From positions 434,001-498,000 of the forward strand of contig NW_021825821.1 in the NCBI RefSeq assembly GCF_006345805.1: a DNA stretch of 64,000 nt, given 5' to 3'. The notes below the pieces were generated by a model, which ran no database searches, was not told where the DNA came from, and worked only from the letters and a program-made list of their open reading frames with translations. This document shows, in pieces, positions 1 to 12,739 of the stretch (positions are counted from its first letter, which is position 1; every line of letters begins with the position of its first letter). A program made the translations under genes and the position numbers. The stretch comes from Octopus sinensis. Taxonomy: Eukaryota.

Positions 1-2382
1 CCGAGTAAACAGTTTTTTATCCCATGGACAAAGTGGATTCAGGGAGGAAAGATCAACAGCTGATGTAATTTGGACATAAAGATGGACTGGTGCCCTGTGC
101 CAAAAATATAAAAAGTGTTTTGAAATTCTTGGGGTAGACATGACTCGGGTCTTCGACTCCATTCACAGAGGGCTCCTTATGGAAGTATTAAAGAGCTTCC
201 TCCATTCAGACGAAACATGAATGATAAATCTTCTCCTAGTGCAGGGGTCGGCAAAAGCAGGCTCGCGAGCCTTTGAAGGCTCTTTAAATCTTACGGTAGG
301 CTCTTTCAATTTTTAACTATTTTTTTAATAAATGATTTTAATTTTTAACTATTTTTTTTGTTTTGTTAATAACAAAAAATCTTTGCACGTTTAACATTAA
401 TTTTTTGTGGTACATCGATATATGACTAGCAATAAAAAAATTAATAAAAAATCGATAATGGGCGACATTTTCAATCAAAATGGACTGAAATTTTTGCATT
501 CACGTCTAATTCAGAACAACTACCGAAATGTCTCATTTGCCAGGAAACTTTGAATCAAAATAAAAAGTCAAATTTAGAGAGACACTTTAACACAAAACAC
601 TCAAATTTCGCAAAAAAATATCCAATTAGTGATTCCCGAAAGAAAGCTGTAGAAAAACTTGCAAAGAATAATCAGATTGAGAATTCCGCTTTTAAATATT
701 GGTATCACAATGCCAGGACTGCAAATATTGCCAGTTTTTTGACAAGCCACGAGATCGCAAAAAGGGGAAAACCATTTACCGATGGCGAATTTATAAAGGC
801 ATGTTTCATTAAAACCTCTGAAGAACTTTGAAATCAACGCAGCTGAGTTCGAAATGCAGCTATTGGACTTGACATGCAAGGAATTATGGGCATCAAAATT
901 TATTCGCCTTTCAGAATTACTTGAAACCTTGAAACAGAAACATTGTCTGGTAAAATTAAAAATGATATTAATGTTATACAAAAGAAACTTGAAGATGTGA
1001 TTTTCGAAACTTGAATTCTCTTCCAGATTCTTATTATGAATTAAAAAAATTTGCATACGGAATTTTGACAATATTCGGGTCCACTTATATGTGTGAACAA
1101 AGTTTTTCTTATATGAATTATATAAAATCTAAATTAAGGAACAAAATTACAGATTCGAATTTGGAATCTAACCTCAGATTAAAATTAACGACTTACGACC
1201 CAGACATTAACCAACTCATCAAAGAAATGAGGAATCACATTTCTCATTAATGCGTCTGATTAATTTAATTTTTAAAATGAATTCTTAATTATTTTTTAAA
1301 TTAATGTCTATTTAATTTTATGAATTTAAATTTTTGACAAGTGGTAAAAGGTGGCTCTTCAATTTTTCGAAATTTCCAAAAATGTTCAAAATTGGCTCTT
1401 CTCCAAAAGTATTTGCCGACCCCTGTCCTAGTGAACAGCCAACTCGCCGTTAAAGTCGGAAAGACGACATCAAGATACTTCGAAACAACACGAGGTGTTC
1501 CACAAGGAGACTCGCTATCTCCCGTGCTTTTTATTGTGTATCTTGAGGCCGCTCTGAGGGACTTTAAATCAGTTATAAAAAATGATTATCACGAGATATC
1601 CTACGCAGATGACTTGGACTTTGTGTCGGACGACGGAGAAATTCTCAAATATATATAATATGCTTCCGAACAAATTCGAAAAATGGTTTCTCACTGTGAA
1701 CACCGAAAAAACCGAATATATATCCTTAAGCCGATCGGAAAGACGCATTGATGAATCATGGAGAAGGCACAAAAGGTTGGGAACGCTCCTGGGAGACACA
1801 GAGGATGTTACCCGAAGGAAAATCCTTTCAAATAGAGCCTTTAGAAAACTTATGTCTTTATGGGGAACTAAAAAGAAGCTAACTGGAAAAACGAAAATAA
1901 GGATATACAACTCGTTTGTATTGCCAATCCTTACTTACAACTGTGGAACCTGGGGACTCACAAAACTGGAAAATCAGAAACTAGACAGTTTCCATAGATC
2001 TCAATTACGTGCAGCACTCAACATCCGCTACCCGCAGAAGATCTCAAACGACAATCTATACAAATTATGCAACTCAGAAATTCATTCGATCGAAATCCTG
2101 AAATCACGATGGAGGCTATTTGGCCACATTCTGCGGATGGACGTCGCCACTCCTGCTAACATTGCTATGGAAACATATTTCATGCAATGCGGAGACGCAT
2201 TCCGAGGAAGACCAAGGACAACACTTCCATCGGTGCTAAATCAGGATCTCAAAATTATTGGGAGGAAACTCGAAACTGCTGATGATCTCGACAATCTGAG
2301 AGAATTGGAAAAGAGGAGAGGCACCTGGAGAAGGTTGTGGGACAGTATTGTTGTTCACGCGGCACAAGGGAAGCTTAATTAG
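1..2382 (+). mobile_element. RTE-like non-LTR retrotransposon (RT and C-terminal region), degraded and split by a hAT insertion
   Basis: RT motifs VDMTRVFDSIHR (1-241), then GVPQGDSLSP and YADD after 1426. C-terminus has LTYNCGTW, RWRLFGHILRM and RGRPRTT. Frameshift near 1650. Sequence is collinear across the hAT target-site duplication. Confidence 0.85.
242..1425 (+). mobile_element. Non-autonomous hAT (Buster/SPIN/Charlie-type) DNA transposon
   Basis: 14-bp TIR CAGGGGTCGGCAAA (242-255) / TTTGCCGACCCCTG (1412-1425). 8-bp TSD TCCTAGTG (234-241, 1426-1433) of nnnTAnnn type. Internal GTF2IRD2-like transposase fragments (NLERHF, EIAKRGKPFTDGEFIK, FGSTYMCEQSFS). Confidence 0.95.
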
Positions 2383-2419
2383 TTTTATGACTTCTCGGGA
2401 GTGCTTTTAATAATAATAC

Positions 2420-4100
2420 TAGAATTCGAGCATTTCGCATTCTTTCGCAACTTCTTCCAAGATGTTGCACTGTCTTTTTATATTTCAGTGGTGACACAGT
2501 CGGTCATCGTAATCCACAAATAAGTTTCAGTCCTGACCATGCATACCATTGTTTCCCTGACCGGGGAATTGTTTCTCTACTTTACCCACTATGGGAACTC
2601 ATTGTCTCTACTTCAAGTTCACTCAAGCACGTGAATAGTACGGGTGGGTTTATTTCTTGTTTCACCTACTTTGACAGTTTTGCCCTTGCCTCAGGGGGGT
2701 TTAGACACCATATTTCCAAGCAAAATATACAATTATACCATGTGGGTTTATTTTGACATAATGGCCCGTAGATTCTTTTTCAGTACATTACACTGATTTT
2801 TATTTCATGTCGTTAGAAAACTATATCAACATACGTTTAGATTTCAAATTGACAGCCTCCAACCCCCCTTCAGTCTATCCCTTTCAAGGTAAAGCCTCTC
2901 CTTGTGTGCCAGCAGGGATTTTGCGCAACATTCTTGTCAATCTGCTGAAATTCTGTAAATTCTATGTTAACCAATCTGATGTAATATTTGTATAAAGATA
3001 GTTCAAATTCCTTTTGCGCTGGAAAGATTCACTAAATTCCGGCTCGAATTGATCAAGCGCAACATCCTTTTACTACCTCATCGTATGAGATTCATCATTC
3101 TGTCATTCATTAACTTATTGTCTTTCTTCTCCAATATTCCGAGATACTTGTATCTTTTAATTCCATCCAAAATTCTGACATTTTGGCCACAATTTCTCAA
3201 TTCGTAACTCATTTACAAAATTATTCATCAAGCTAGCTATATCCAGAAATAGATCAACATCTTTCGTCATCTTGGGCATCGTCTTTTTATTAGATACCAT
3301 CCATAAAAAAGGAGTGATTGAAGACAGCTGTATCTGGCACTTTATCGCTACTTTCGAGTACTTTCTGTTTAGTAATTGGCTGGGTAAGTCTAACGATAGC
3401 ACGAGAATCTGTGGAGAAACGCGTCTTTTCGCATATCCGCAAGTGTTTCTCACGTAAATTCCTAATGAAACTAACAATCCTTTCCGAGAGGCCCGGCTTA
3501 TTCGTATATCTTTCAGGAATTCGTAATCGACCAAGTCTAACGCATTCTTAAAGTGGATCCACTTAGCCATTAGTGAATTTCCGTAGTGTCCGTTAATCCA
3601 TTGGTTTACAATTCCTTGCTCTATGCTCTTTGATGATTTCTTCCTGTTCCTAGTTGATTTTTACATATCAAGTCATATCTTGAGTTATTAGTTCACAAAA
3701 TGAGTTGTTAGCTTATATAGATTTGGCATACACGTGATTGGTCTGGGTTTCAATAAAATATCTTGAATATCAAAACTTTGCCCTATGGGACCCCTGTCCA
3801 AAATCCAGTTCACTTCTGAGCTCTTAGTCTTTGCAAAAAACACGATTTTAATATTAACGACGTATTTTTGATTGAAATTCTGAGCTATAAGGGCCATTCA
3901 CCCAAAACTGATTTTGATAGCATTGAATACTTCAATCTTCCAACCCAATTTATCTTCTTCATGTGCCTGGTACATAATTGTCTGTAAGCACATGAAGTTA
4001 GCGAGTTGGTCAAAATTGGTTATATCCTCTGATTCATGATGCCCAGAGAAACTTAACTTGTGTTCATTTTGGGATTTCTTTTGAGAGTTTTTGCAGGTAA
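2420..4100 (-). mobile_element. Degraded R4/Dong-like RLE non-LTR retrotransposon
   Basis: Interrupted pieces match the 19380-21257 protein in order (RPITCMPNLYKL, KWIHFKNALDLVDY, YKYLGILE, QDxNLF). Many stops and frameshifts; ends approximate. Confidence 0.7.
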
Positions 4101-4271
4101 ATCCAGAGATGATTCCATTCGTTTGACACCACCATGCTTCCGCCACAAAAGATATATTCTTATAGTTTGTATATACTTAATGCATAAAAAAATTATGTTT
4201 AATTTTCTTAATTTATTTTTAATTATATTATTTAAATATTCATTAAAATTTTCACACGTTTTTTTGTTGTA

Positions 4272-4484
4272 ATGGTGTATATGTTTCATATTGAATTTGT
4301 TTTTAGAGCTCAAAAAAATCGTTGAGAACAAAGCTTTTTTTAGCAAAAAAAATGAAGCAGAATCGTCCCCTTCCTCACTGGATGCGCCTCAAGTCTCAGA
4401 ACCGATTAAAGTACTCTAGAAATAACGACCTCTAGGTACAATAATAAGAGGAGACATTGGCGAAGGACCAAACTCAAGATCTAA
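4272..4484 (+). CDS. RPL39: 60S ribosomal protein L39 (51 aa, 3 exons)
   Basis: ATG 4272-4274, intron 4275-4306 (32 nt), exon 4307-4410, intron 4411-4435 (25 nt), exon 4436-4484. Splices to [51 protein letters not shown]. Confidence 0.97.
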
Positions 4485-5869
4485 TTTTTTTCATCCCTTG
4501 TTTTATTTCCTTTAAATAATCTTTTCTTTTAAAACAGTTGCTAAATCCCTCTTTTGTATGTTGCGGATTACGTTAAATATCCACTACGGTGGTGTCTATT
4601 CATCATTTTAATTTTTTAATTCTCCTTTTTTAGGTTTTATTCTTTTGTTTTCCTCCATTTTTATTTGTTTTATTTGAACATAAGGAGTCGTTGGCTTAAA
4701 GTTCATTGGGAATAGATTACACACCCTTTTTAGTCTTGGCAACTCTCAAAACTCAGGACTGACGGAGTCACTGCGTGAGAAGAACTTTCTTAAACAGATG
4801 TATTGCTTACGATTGTGGAATGAGTTTATTACTGGACGTAAAAGCGCTCTACATTATGCAACGTTCCAGGAATTCGTGGTCCAGCTAGCCACAATACAAA
4901 CACGGTGAGATAGTATACAAATTAGGTCATGTTAAGTAGAATAACTAATAAATTATTACTGTGATAAAATTTCCACAACGTGTCCAAATGGTAAAACTTA
5001 TTTAGGCTAATGGATTTCAGTAACTTATCTTTGAAAGTACTCCCAATCTTAGGAAAAATCTATCATTTTTCATGTTCCAGAGATTCATCATTCTTCACGT
5101 AAATTTCGCTTTTTTTAAAATAATGACGAGACTGGAAGTAGTTGGACATCGAAATACTCCACAATAATTACATTTGGCTGAGTGGTAAGGCATACCGAGT
5201 TTATAAGGAACCAACCATTTAATACAGTGCATTTACATTGAAATCAACTGCATTGGATATACACTTATACCCACGATATTCAAAATGTCGATTTTTAATT
5301 CAGTTGCTACAGTGATTGTATTGCTAAAAATAGAAACTATTTTCGTCTTTCACTATTTCCCACTCATCTCTGGTATGTTTTATTTATTTTTTTTAAAAAT
5401 TACATTTTTCTAATGCAATAAACCAATGCGATTTTACAACCCATTGATATACTAAAGCTTTATTTTTTTTGATTTTTGCTAGTCATTATATTTTTAAACC
5501 CGCCCTGGATCACTATAGTGTTTAAAATAGTAAAGATATCTCTAAATTTTATAGTTTTTGAAGATTACTCTTTCACTTGGAAAGAAATGTGGATATATTC
5601 TAAAAATGGCCTAATTGTTATATTCAATGAAACCTCTAATTAGAATAACAATAATTAGTATCTGTGGAAAGTTTAAAATCCTGACCATTCACATAGATGA
5701 ATCTACCTCCAAAAAATGGGGTACAGAATTTGACAAACTGTTGTTCAAATGTATTTACTTTCGATTCAAAGGAAGATCAAGTCTGTTTACTGAAAAAGTT
5801 CCTATTTATCCTAAAGCTAACCTATATGTTTGCAGCGGCCAAGTGCTATAAAGCAACCAACTTACTAAA

Positions 5870-6450
5870 AGATCACGCTGAATATATGAAGACTTGCGCA
5901 GAAAGCATTCTGAAAATATGCTTTAATGCACAAGCATGGATATAAGCCACCATACCAGTTTCCCTTGAAGGCATCGGTCTATTCACCCCATTTGACTCAG
6001 CAGAGGGGGCATACTTTTCCTCCGTCTTCTCATTAAAAAAATGATTGACACTGTTCTTTCTCAATGAAATAAACAGCGTATAACCTTTGGTATGGATAAT
6101 TATCTTGCCTCTTGGGGAAAACTACCGATACAACCCTCCAATTTTATTTGGCATTACTAATTTACGCCAAAGCGTATGAAGGGTTGAATGAACGCATAAA
6201 CCAAAGCCAGCTGACTTGCTTAAAAAATGAGTAGCTGGCCCCTGAGCGGTATTTGGCTTAAGTGTCACCCCTGTGAGCTAACTGGAAGCCTACTGAAAGA
6301 CAAACCAGTGAGAGTTGGAATCTACCTACCTGTATCGACCATCACCAATGCAGATGTTGAGTACAGACCGACGAGTTCAGTTACCACTTCCTCTCATGTA
6401 ATACTGGAATTGGACGCTCCTTTCTTTTTCGGGTTTGTTCTTTAACGTTA
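5870..6450 (-). mobile_element. Highly degenerate APE-type LINE relic (region just before RT)
   Basis: Broken reading gives ITxEEVVTEL, then IIIHTKGYTLFISL and NGVNRPMPS, resembling the IIPIxK-RPISL-QHGFR order of LINE RTs. Many stops. Confidence 0.35.
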
Positions 6451-6913
6451 AATTGATTAAATTTTTTTTATAAAATGCTTGACCACTATAAGGAATGCTC
6501 GATGATAAATTCTGAGAATGAATCCTGCCGCCCCTGCAAACTATATAATGAAGTCTTTTTTTAAACAGTTCCTAAATCCCTCTTCTGTATGTCGTTGAAA
6601 GAATATCGACAAACCAGTAGTAAGTTGTCGGATATCTGCTTTTGTAGTCTTATTCTTATTTCAGATCTTTTTATAGACCACTTACAACCAGGAACATCAG
6701 CTCTTTAAATACTTATTTATCTCTCCTTATGAGAAGGGCCGACGTAAATCCACATGCCAGCCAAGTCTATTGTAACTAACAGTCATAAAATGTCGAATTA
6801 AATTAGTGAACTTAAGACGACATTTAATGGCATTTAATTAACCTATGAATTAATGATATTAATCCTATTCATTTATTTCAAAAATGTTATCTGGAAAATT
6901 ATTTTTACATGTT

Positions 6914-8340
6914 TCACTGGATAGAACAATACGAGGATTTTGCTTTGGGAGGGTTGTTCTTTTTTTCGTTACTTTTTGCAGCTTTCCAATAAGAACGAAA
7001 ATTACCTTTTTTGTAGACTTTTCTAGCATACCGTCCGGGCGATGTACCCAACCTATCGCCGATTAAGTTTGGAAAACAAACAATTTGTTAGAATTGTTTC
7101 CTCCGATGTGGACCTCGAAATAAGCATAGACCGGTCTATGGTCGGATATGTACAGAACGGCACTGTTGTAGTGCAAATGGACAATTCTTACGTTCTTACC
7201 ACTGCGGTACAAAATTCTGTCCTAAGGCTGATAACTCCCAATACCGTATAGGCAGGGGTCCGCAAATTGTAGAGATACTCGTTTGTAATACTGTCCACTT
7301 TGTAGGAGGGAAAGAAGTTGATGGGCGGCTCCTTGAAATTTGGAAAGACCAGTTCTGCGTGAGGAGAATGACAAACTTGATTTCATAGCACTGATAAGAG
7401 TATCGAATTGGAGAGTCTCCTGTATTTTCTCAGTCCACGACATGTATGGAGACGAAATGACATTCCGGGCGTCCTCACTTGAGATTTTCAGGCGGAAGTT
7501 GAGATCGCCCATCCAGAAAATAGTGTCCTCGTCGCTCTTTAGTTGGAAGGACTCCTGAATGTAACTATAAATCTTGTTGTAGTCGTTGACTCGAGATTCC
7601 ATTTCCTCATCCCCGGCTGTGTGTAAAGCCACCTCAAAAGTACATGTCAGGTGCGAATTGATAATGACGAACTGGTTTCCAAAGACGAGGATTTTGACTG
7701 CTACTGCCCCTTTGGTCCTAAACTTGGAGCCTGCACGTGTAGAAATCTGCTGGATTGTTTGCACTGACAATCAAGACCGAAAAGGACCTGAACAGTACCA
7801 AAGAATGTCTCTGCGGACAAAGATGAGTATGCTCAGACTCCCGAACTGACTGTGAGTTAGCATGTAGTAGTATATTCCAAGTATTTTCTGTATTGCCACA
7901 ACCCACTTGTATCTTTGGTTAGATTGGACATTACATCATGGATGTACTCTCCTGAGTTGTGATGACGTATATATCTGCTAAGTACTCTATTTCCATTGGT
8001 AGAATGAACTCGATAAGTCTCGCAGGCAATGTCTATTTGTCGCGAAAACACACTACCTTTTGGTCCTGCATATTCCACGTCCCAAAGTAAAAGTTTAGTT
8101 TTTTGTCTGGAAAGAACCTCAGGAAGTCGTCAAATTGTGACGTGTTGTTTTTACTACAATATGCAAACTACTGTACTTAAGACGAGCCCAATTTGTCTTT
8201 ATTGGAAACAAAACCGGGGTCTGGTTTTTTCGTAAACAGGCCGATTTAATTCGCCCTCCGGAAACGCCGTCAGAAGTTTCGGGATCTGGGGATTCCTCTC
8301 CGGACGTATCATCCTCAAAAATATTGTCATTACTTTCCAT
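6914..8340 (-). CDS. INPP5E: Inositol polyphosphate 5-phosphatase, INPP5E-like, multi-exon, with C-terminal CaaX
   Basis: Motifs STRAGSKFRTKGA, NSHLT|SGD (after removing the 27-nt intron 7617-7643), IFWMGDLNFRL, PAYT|DRILY and SDHRPV. Last exon ends KSSYCSIQ-stop (TGA at 6914-6916). Start ATG at 8340 is the most likely but unproven; some internal exon boundaries unresolved. Confidence 0.85.
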
Positions 8341-9579
8341 TATGGCCACATCCAAGTAGTTATACTAGCAGCGTCACTAACCAACCTATATATACAATTA
8401 TTGTTATGGAAACAATTAATAATCAATTTACCACACAATTGTTATTAATTTGACATGACGTGGTTAGCACTCTTCTCTCGAAATGTGACTTTACACTCAC
8501 TGACAAAATATTTTTCATTGCCTCCTTTCACGGGCTGATATATTGGGTGCTGATTACTTTTACTTTTTTTTGGTATTATAGTTGTGCCTAATTAGTATAT
8601 CATTAAAATCATATAGGATAGCCACAATAAATCCCGTAGTATAAACACTTATCTCGCCCAGATATGATATTGAGATAAAAATCTTACCAACAAGGTCACA
8701 AAAAAGACTTTAAATTACATTTTTGGTCATTGAAATTCAACAATATTTTGAATTACCATGGGGAAGTAATTGCATAAGTACCCTAAAAAACTGGCATGAA
8801 TGTGCTTGACATGGTGTCCAACTACAGAATTTATTGAATATTTAAATAAGTCACATGAGGAAATAAATAATCTTTAGAATTTGGTGTCTATTCTTTCACG
8901 AATTATGTATATTTGCAGGTTTTTATCCAACATGAAACAGTAGTCTTGACATTCGAAGCATACATTTAATTTAAAGAACTTTTCCAGTTTTTTAGGTGTG
9001 AAAAATCGTTTTACATTATTGTTCTTTTATTTTAAAACGATTTACAAAATTATGACATTTGGATTACTAATTCTTTAAAAAAGCAATATTATAAAACACA
9101 CAATGCATTATAACAACCAAAAGTAATATTCACAAAAAATATAAAAAAAGCTCAGTGTATGTTAACCAAAGCTCCGCCAAGTTCGGGAAAAATAGTATTC
9201 TACTAGGGACCATCTCCGTAACATATTCTGGGCATAATACGGAACATTGGAGGCTGTTTTCTAGACTAACTATTCATAGATTCAAACTCAAGTAGCGCGT
9301 GTTACTTCCCAGTATTAAATACAACTTAAATCAATTTTTATTTCGTCAGTCTAAACCTATTATATGAAATTCTAGTCGAACTGAGTTCATGAAATTGAGA
9401 AAAATAAATATTTTCATTCTTGTGGCAATGGAGGCTTCAATGTGAACTAAAAAAATTTTGTAGTTAAATGTAAGGGAACTATGTGACGCTAAACACATTA
9501 GAAACGTATACCATCGAACGACATTATCGGCAATGGGTATACACGCATATAAAAATATAGTAATGTTTGGATCTACATA

Positions 9580-9903
9580 AAAATTTGGAACGAATTGCCG
9601 TCTGAAAGTATTCAGAAGTTAATTGATAGTATGCCTAAAAGGTCATACGAGCTATTTATTAATCGAGGATACCACACAACATATTAACGGTTGATTTTGT
9701 TAACTCTTTTTGTTAAAACCGGTTTTTTATTCACAAGCAAAAATTTAAATTTTTAAAATTTCCGCCGATTATTGAAATTTTTTAAAAGTAAAAAAGATTA
9801 TGCATATAATCAACTTCAAACTCTTTATTTCATTTAGAAAATTAATAGCTATACGCCAAAAAAAATTATTAACTGCAAAACCGGTTTTTTTCTACCAGCA
9901 CTG
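9580..9903 (+). mobile_element. Solo 3' end (transposase C-terminus plus TIR) of the Tc1 family seen at 41876-43330
   Basis: IWNELPSESIQKLIDSMPKRSYELFINRGYHTTY, then a TIR ending CTACCAGCACTG followed by TA. Near-identical to the end of the 41876 element. Confidence 0.85.
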
Positions 9904-10309
9904 TATGTGTGCAAATCAATATTTAGTAAAATGATTCGAATAAAAAATAAATGTCGTAACAAGCTCACAGCTCATAATTACTTGAGTCAACTGCTACGAA
10001 AATCTTCAACTTATTATTTTTCTTTTTAGTTCAAACACCTTTTGTTATCTTTTAACAAAAAGTTCAATAAAAACGAAATAAAAGTCTGATGCCATGATAT
10101 GCAATAGGCTGCAAACTTTTTAACGATCCGTGATAAAGAAAATGCTGGGCAACACTCAAATTATTGCTAAAAATTATAGCGGCTTCGGTAAGCAAATTCA
10201 AATATTGATTTGACCCCCACAATAAAAATGTTGAGAATAGTTAATATAGATCATCTAAAAAATTTAAAAAATTGCTTGAGAAAATTTATTTATTTATTAA
10301 ATCACAAAG

Positions 10310-10665
10310 ACCACGCTAAAAACCGAACAAACGTCACGTGATCCCGATGCACTCAACCAGGGACCTCATCCTCGCTCGGTGATCTTTTCACGAGCCCACA
10401 CAAGATCGCACTGGGCGGCAGGCCGTTTTTGGCGAAGCATTCGCTAACGGGCCCAGATTCAGCTTGATGAGGTCTTCCAGAGAAGCTGGACCGGGGCGTT
10501 GGCTATCATGCGACCAACGATCGGTTAATCTGAGGGCCCTTTGTTGGGCCTCCTCGATTCGCCTCCTGTTGAAACACGATAGCCGCGGACCCCATGATCC
10601 GCAAGCGTAGGCAATACAAGGAATATCTTCCTTGAGAGGAGCTTCCTCGAGAAGAAAATCGATTG
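10310..10665 (-). mobile_element. LINE relic (post-RT region)
   Basis: Translation CIAYACGSWGPRLSCFNRRRIEEAQQRALR resembles the LEYASPVW...LExVQRRAxR segment of APE-type LINEs. GC-rich relative to flanks. Confidence 0.45.
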
Positions 10666-10744
10666 AATATTTTTGAAGGTCGCGTTAAATTAAAAATTAG
10701 TTAGTTTCTAGCATTTTTAAGTTTTGATTAAAAATAAATTAATT

Positions 10745-11530
10745 GCATTAATTTTTTTTTTTTGGAAAAACTTATTGTTAATAAACGAAAAGAGTTAAAA
10801 TGCGCAGCGAATCGACTGGCAATTCCCGCGCATGATGGCCAATGAGATCCTTTGAAAGAGTCTGATCGACTCGTTGGGATCTTTCGTGGCAACCACGGGC
10901 TTAGATCCAAGGCGGCGGAGAAACGATAGCGTCTGCGGACCGATGACTCCAGAGGTTTCCACCGCGACTGCAGTGAATAGGTGATTCATGGCCAGGACCC
11001 GGTACTTCTTCTGTTTTGTTAGTTCCGCCTGCTTTGCAACTGAGCCCGGTTCCGCAGCGGAGGCAATTAGATTCTTGGCGGAGAAAGTGTCGGAGCAGGT
11101 GGCGTCCCAGATAAGGCATTTCCCCTTTTCAAACGGGAAGATTGTCATGCCATCCGGGCGCTTACCGTCGCCTCTGTCAAGCCCGACTGGTTCGAGCTCA
11201 TTAGGAAACCCCGCCGTCGTTAGGGCACGGCTCACGGTGTCGTTGATGGCGGCGTGTCGTGGGAAACGTCCGGCACTACGTGAGCAGGAGAGGGGATGAT
11301 GGCCAAATGGGTCCACTCTTAAACCGCAGCGGCACTGGTGTGTTTTGCAAATGGGAAGTCCGAGGCGGAGAGAGACGGAAATCCTTACACAGTCGTTGTC
11401 CATTAAGGTGCCGATTGACGCCATAGGGATTGCTGTAAGCCATACATTAATTGACCTGTGCTTCATAGGGCATCGAAAGTTCATTCGTCCTAATCAAATT
11501 ACCATCGCGGGAGGTTCGGAATTCACTTTT
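10745..11530 (-). mobile_element. 5'-truncated CRE-clade retrotransposon (zinc knuckle plus restriction-like endonuclease)
   Basis: ORF 10795-11484 with CRCG-D-GHH-LSC-GR-RH zinc knuckle and RPDG / WDATC / AVETSG / QRISLAIMRGN. A-rich tail seen as a T run at ~10750-10763. Confidence 0.88.
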
Positions 11531-11951
11531 ATTTTTATTAACCATTTCTTTAATAAGGATTGAGAATTACGATAAAATAATCATGACGCTTGCAATTATA
11601 GATCCGATTGAACGATCAGAAGTTATCGATTATAGTTTCATTGAGATGAATGATCATTTTTATTAATTTGTATAAACAATTAATGAATTTCCTAACTTTT
11701 TTAAAATTTTAAATTATATAAGTTTTGAATAATTAATCATCATTTAATTACGTATATAATTTTCTGTTTTTCAATTATAAGTGCAAAACATCTAATTCTA
11801 GGCAAATTCAAAATCTCGCCAAGATTTGGTCGGTCCCAAAAATGGCGAAATTTAGAGGTTTGACTGTATATAGGATTTATGAATGTGTTAATTGCTTTAT
11901 TTATCAAAAACGAACATCGTATTTCCTGGTTATTAAAGATTATAATTTAAT

Positions 11952-12452
11952 CTAAATAATTCCATAATTGCATCCTCCAGCAATTTTAGCCATGGTGAAT
12001 AGCTTTTTTTCGTCCAAGTCACTCAAATCAAAAGCCGTTCTTTCCACTGAAAAAGGCTGAAAACTAGATTATGAAATAATCACCGAAAAAAAATCAGAGA
12101 TCACTGGTCTATCGAGTATTACTCTTTTTTTGTTCCTAAATCCGGATGATTCTCCAATCCATGTAATGAAAATTGTTTTGTATCTTGGAACTTCCTCGTC
12201 TCCGATATTTAAACTGATGTAACCATATTGTATTTCTGAGTCTAATATAGTTAACTAAAAAGTTTCACCTTCAAAACTATTGATGAATTCATTATAGGAA
12301 TAACCAGTATTACTTACAGTGATTGAACACGACGATTGATAGTTCAAGACCATCCTAAGCTCATATAAAGTAAAATTTAACCATTTAGTTTTTTCATCAA
12401 TGTCCAATATTCTGTTTCTGGCTTCTTCGACTTCAATACCGATTTCTAGCAT
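11952..12452 (-). CDS. COTL1: Coactosin-like ADF-H actin-binding protein (4 exons, three 27-nt introns)
   Basis: Spliced product MLEIGIEVEEARNRILDIDEKTKW|MVLNYQSSCSITVSNTG...E|DSEIQYGYISLNIGDEEVPRYKTIFITWIGE...DFFS|PFSVERTAFDLSDLDEKKLFTMAKIAGGCNYGII. Has coactosin hallmarks GDE, ITWIG and AGGxNY. Confidence 0.8.
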
Positions 12453-12739
12453 TTGACTTGAACCGGGTATCTTGCTTATTAATAGTAAGTTAAGCTAATC
12501 CTTATTAATAACGTATTTTGTAAATCGCCTTTTTCCTCAGAAAAAAAAATCTATTTTTTAAAACAATAAAATTTAAAAATGTTAATAATTTTGACTAACA
12601 GTATCCTTTACGGTCCTTCTAAAGTTTTTAACCGGTTATTGAGTAAAAATTAGTTAATTCTAATTCAAAGTAACTAATTTAAAACAAATTTTTTTGATAA
12701 CCGGTTAAGATTAATTTCCTTCTTTTAGATAAGTAGATA

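Noticed and set aside
601-1071. Antisense and overlapping ORFs in the track (601-1071, 13865-14416, 15696-16184, 58161-58478 and similar)
   Set aside because: These are shadow frames of transposon coding sequence with no independent motifs.
5175-5230. tRNA D-arm-like TGGCTGAGTGGTAAGGC
   Set aside because: No anticodon stem, T-arm or B-box follows.
4530-6600. ~30-bp similarity between 4535-4565 and 6562-6592
   Set aside because: Too short to classify; probably scraps of one decayed repeat.
11790-11870. GAGGTTTGACTGTA end resembling a Tc1/pogo-type MITE terminus
   Set aside because: No matching opposite TIR was found nearby; it is only a possible solo end.
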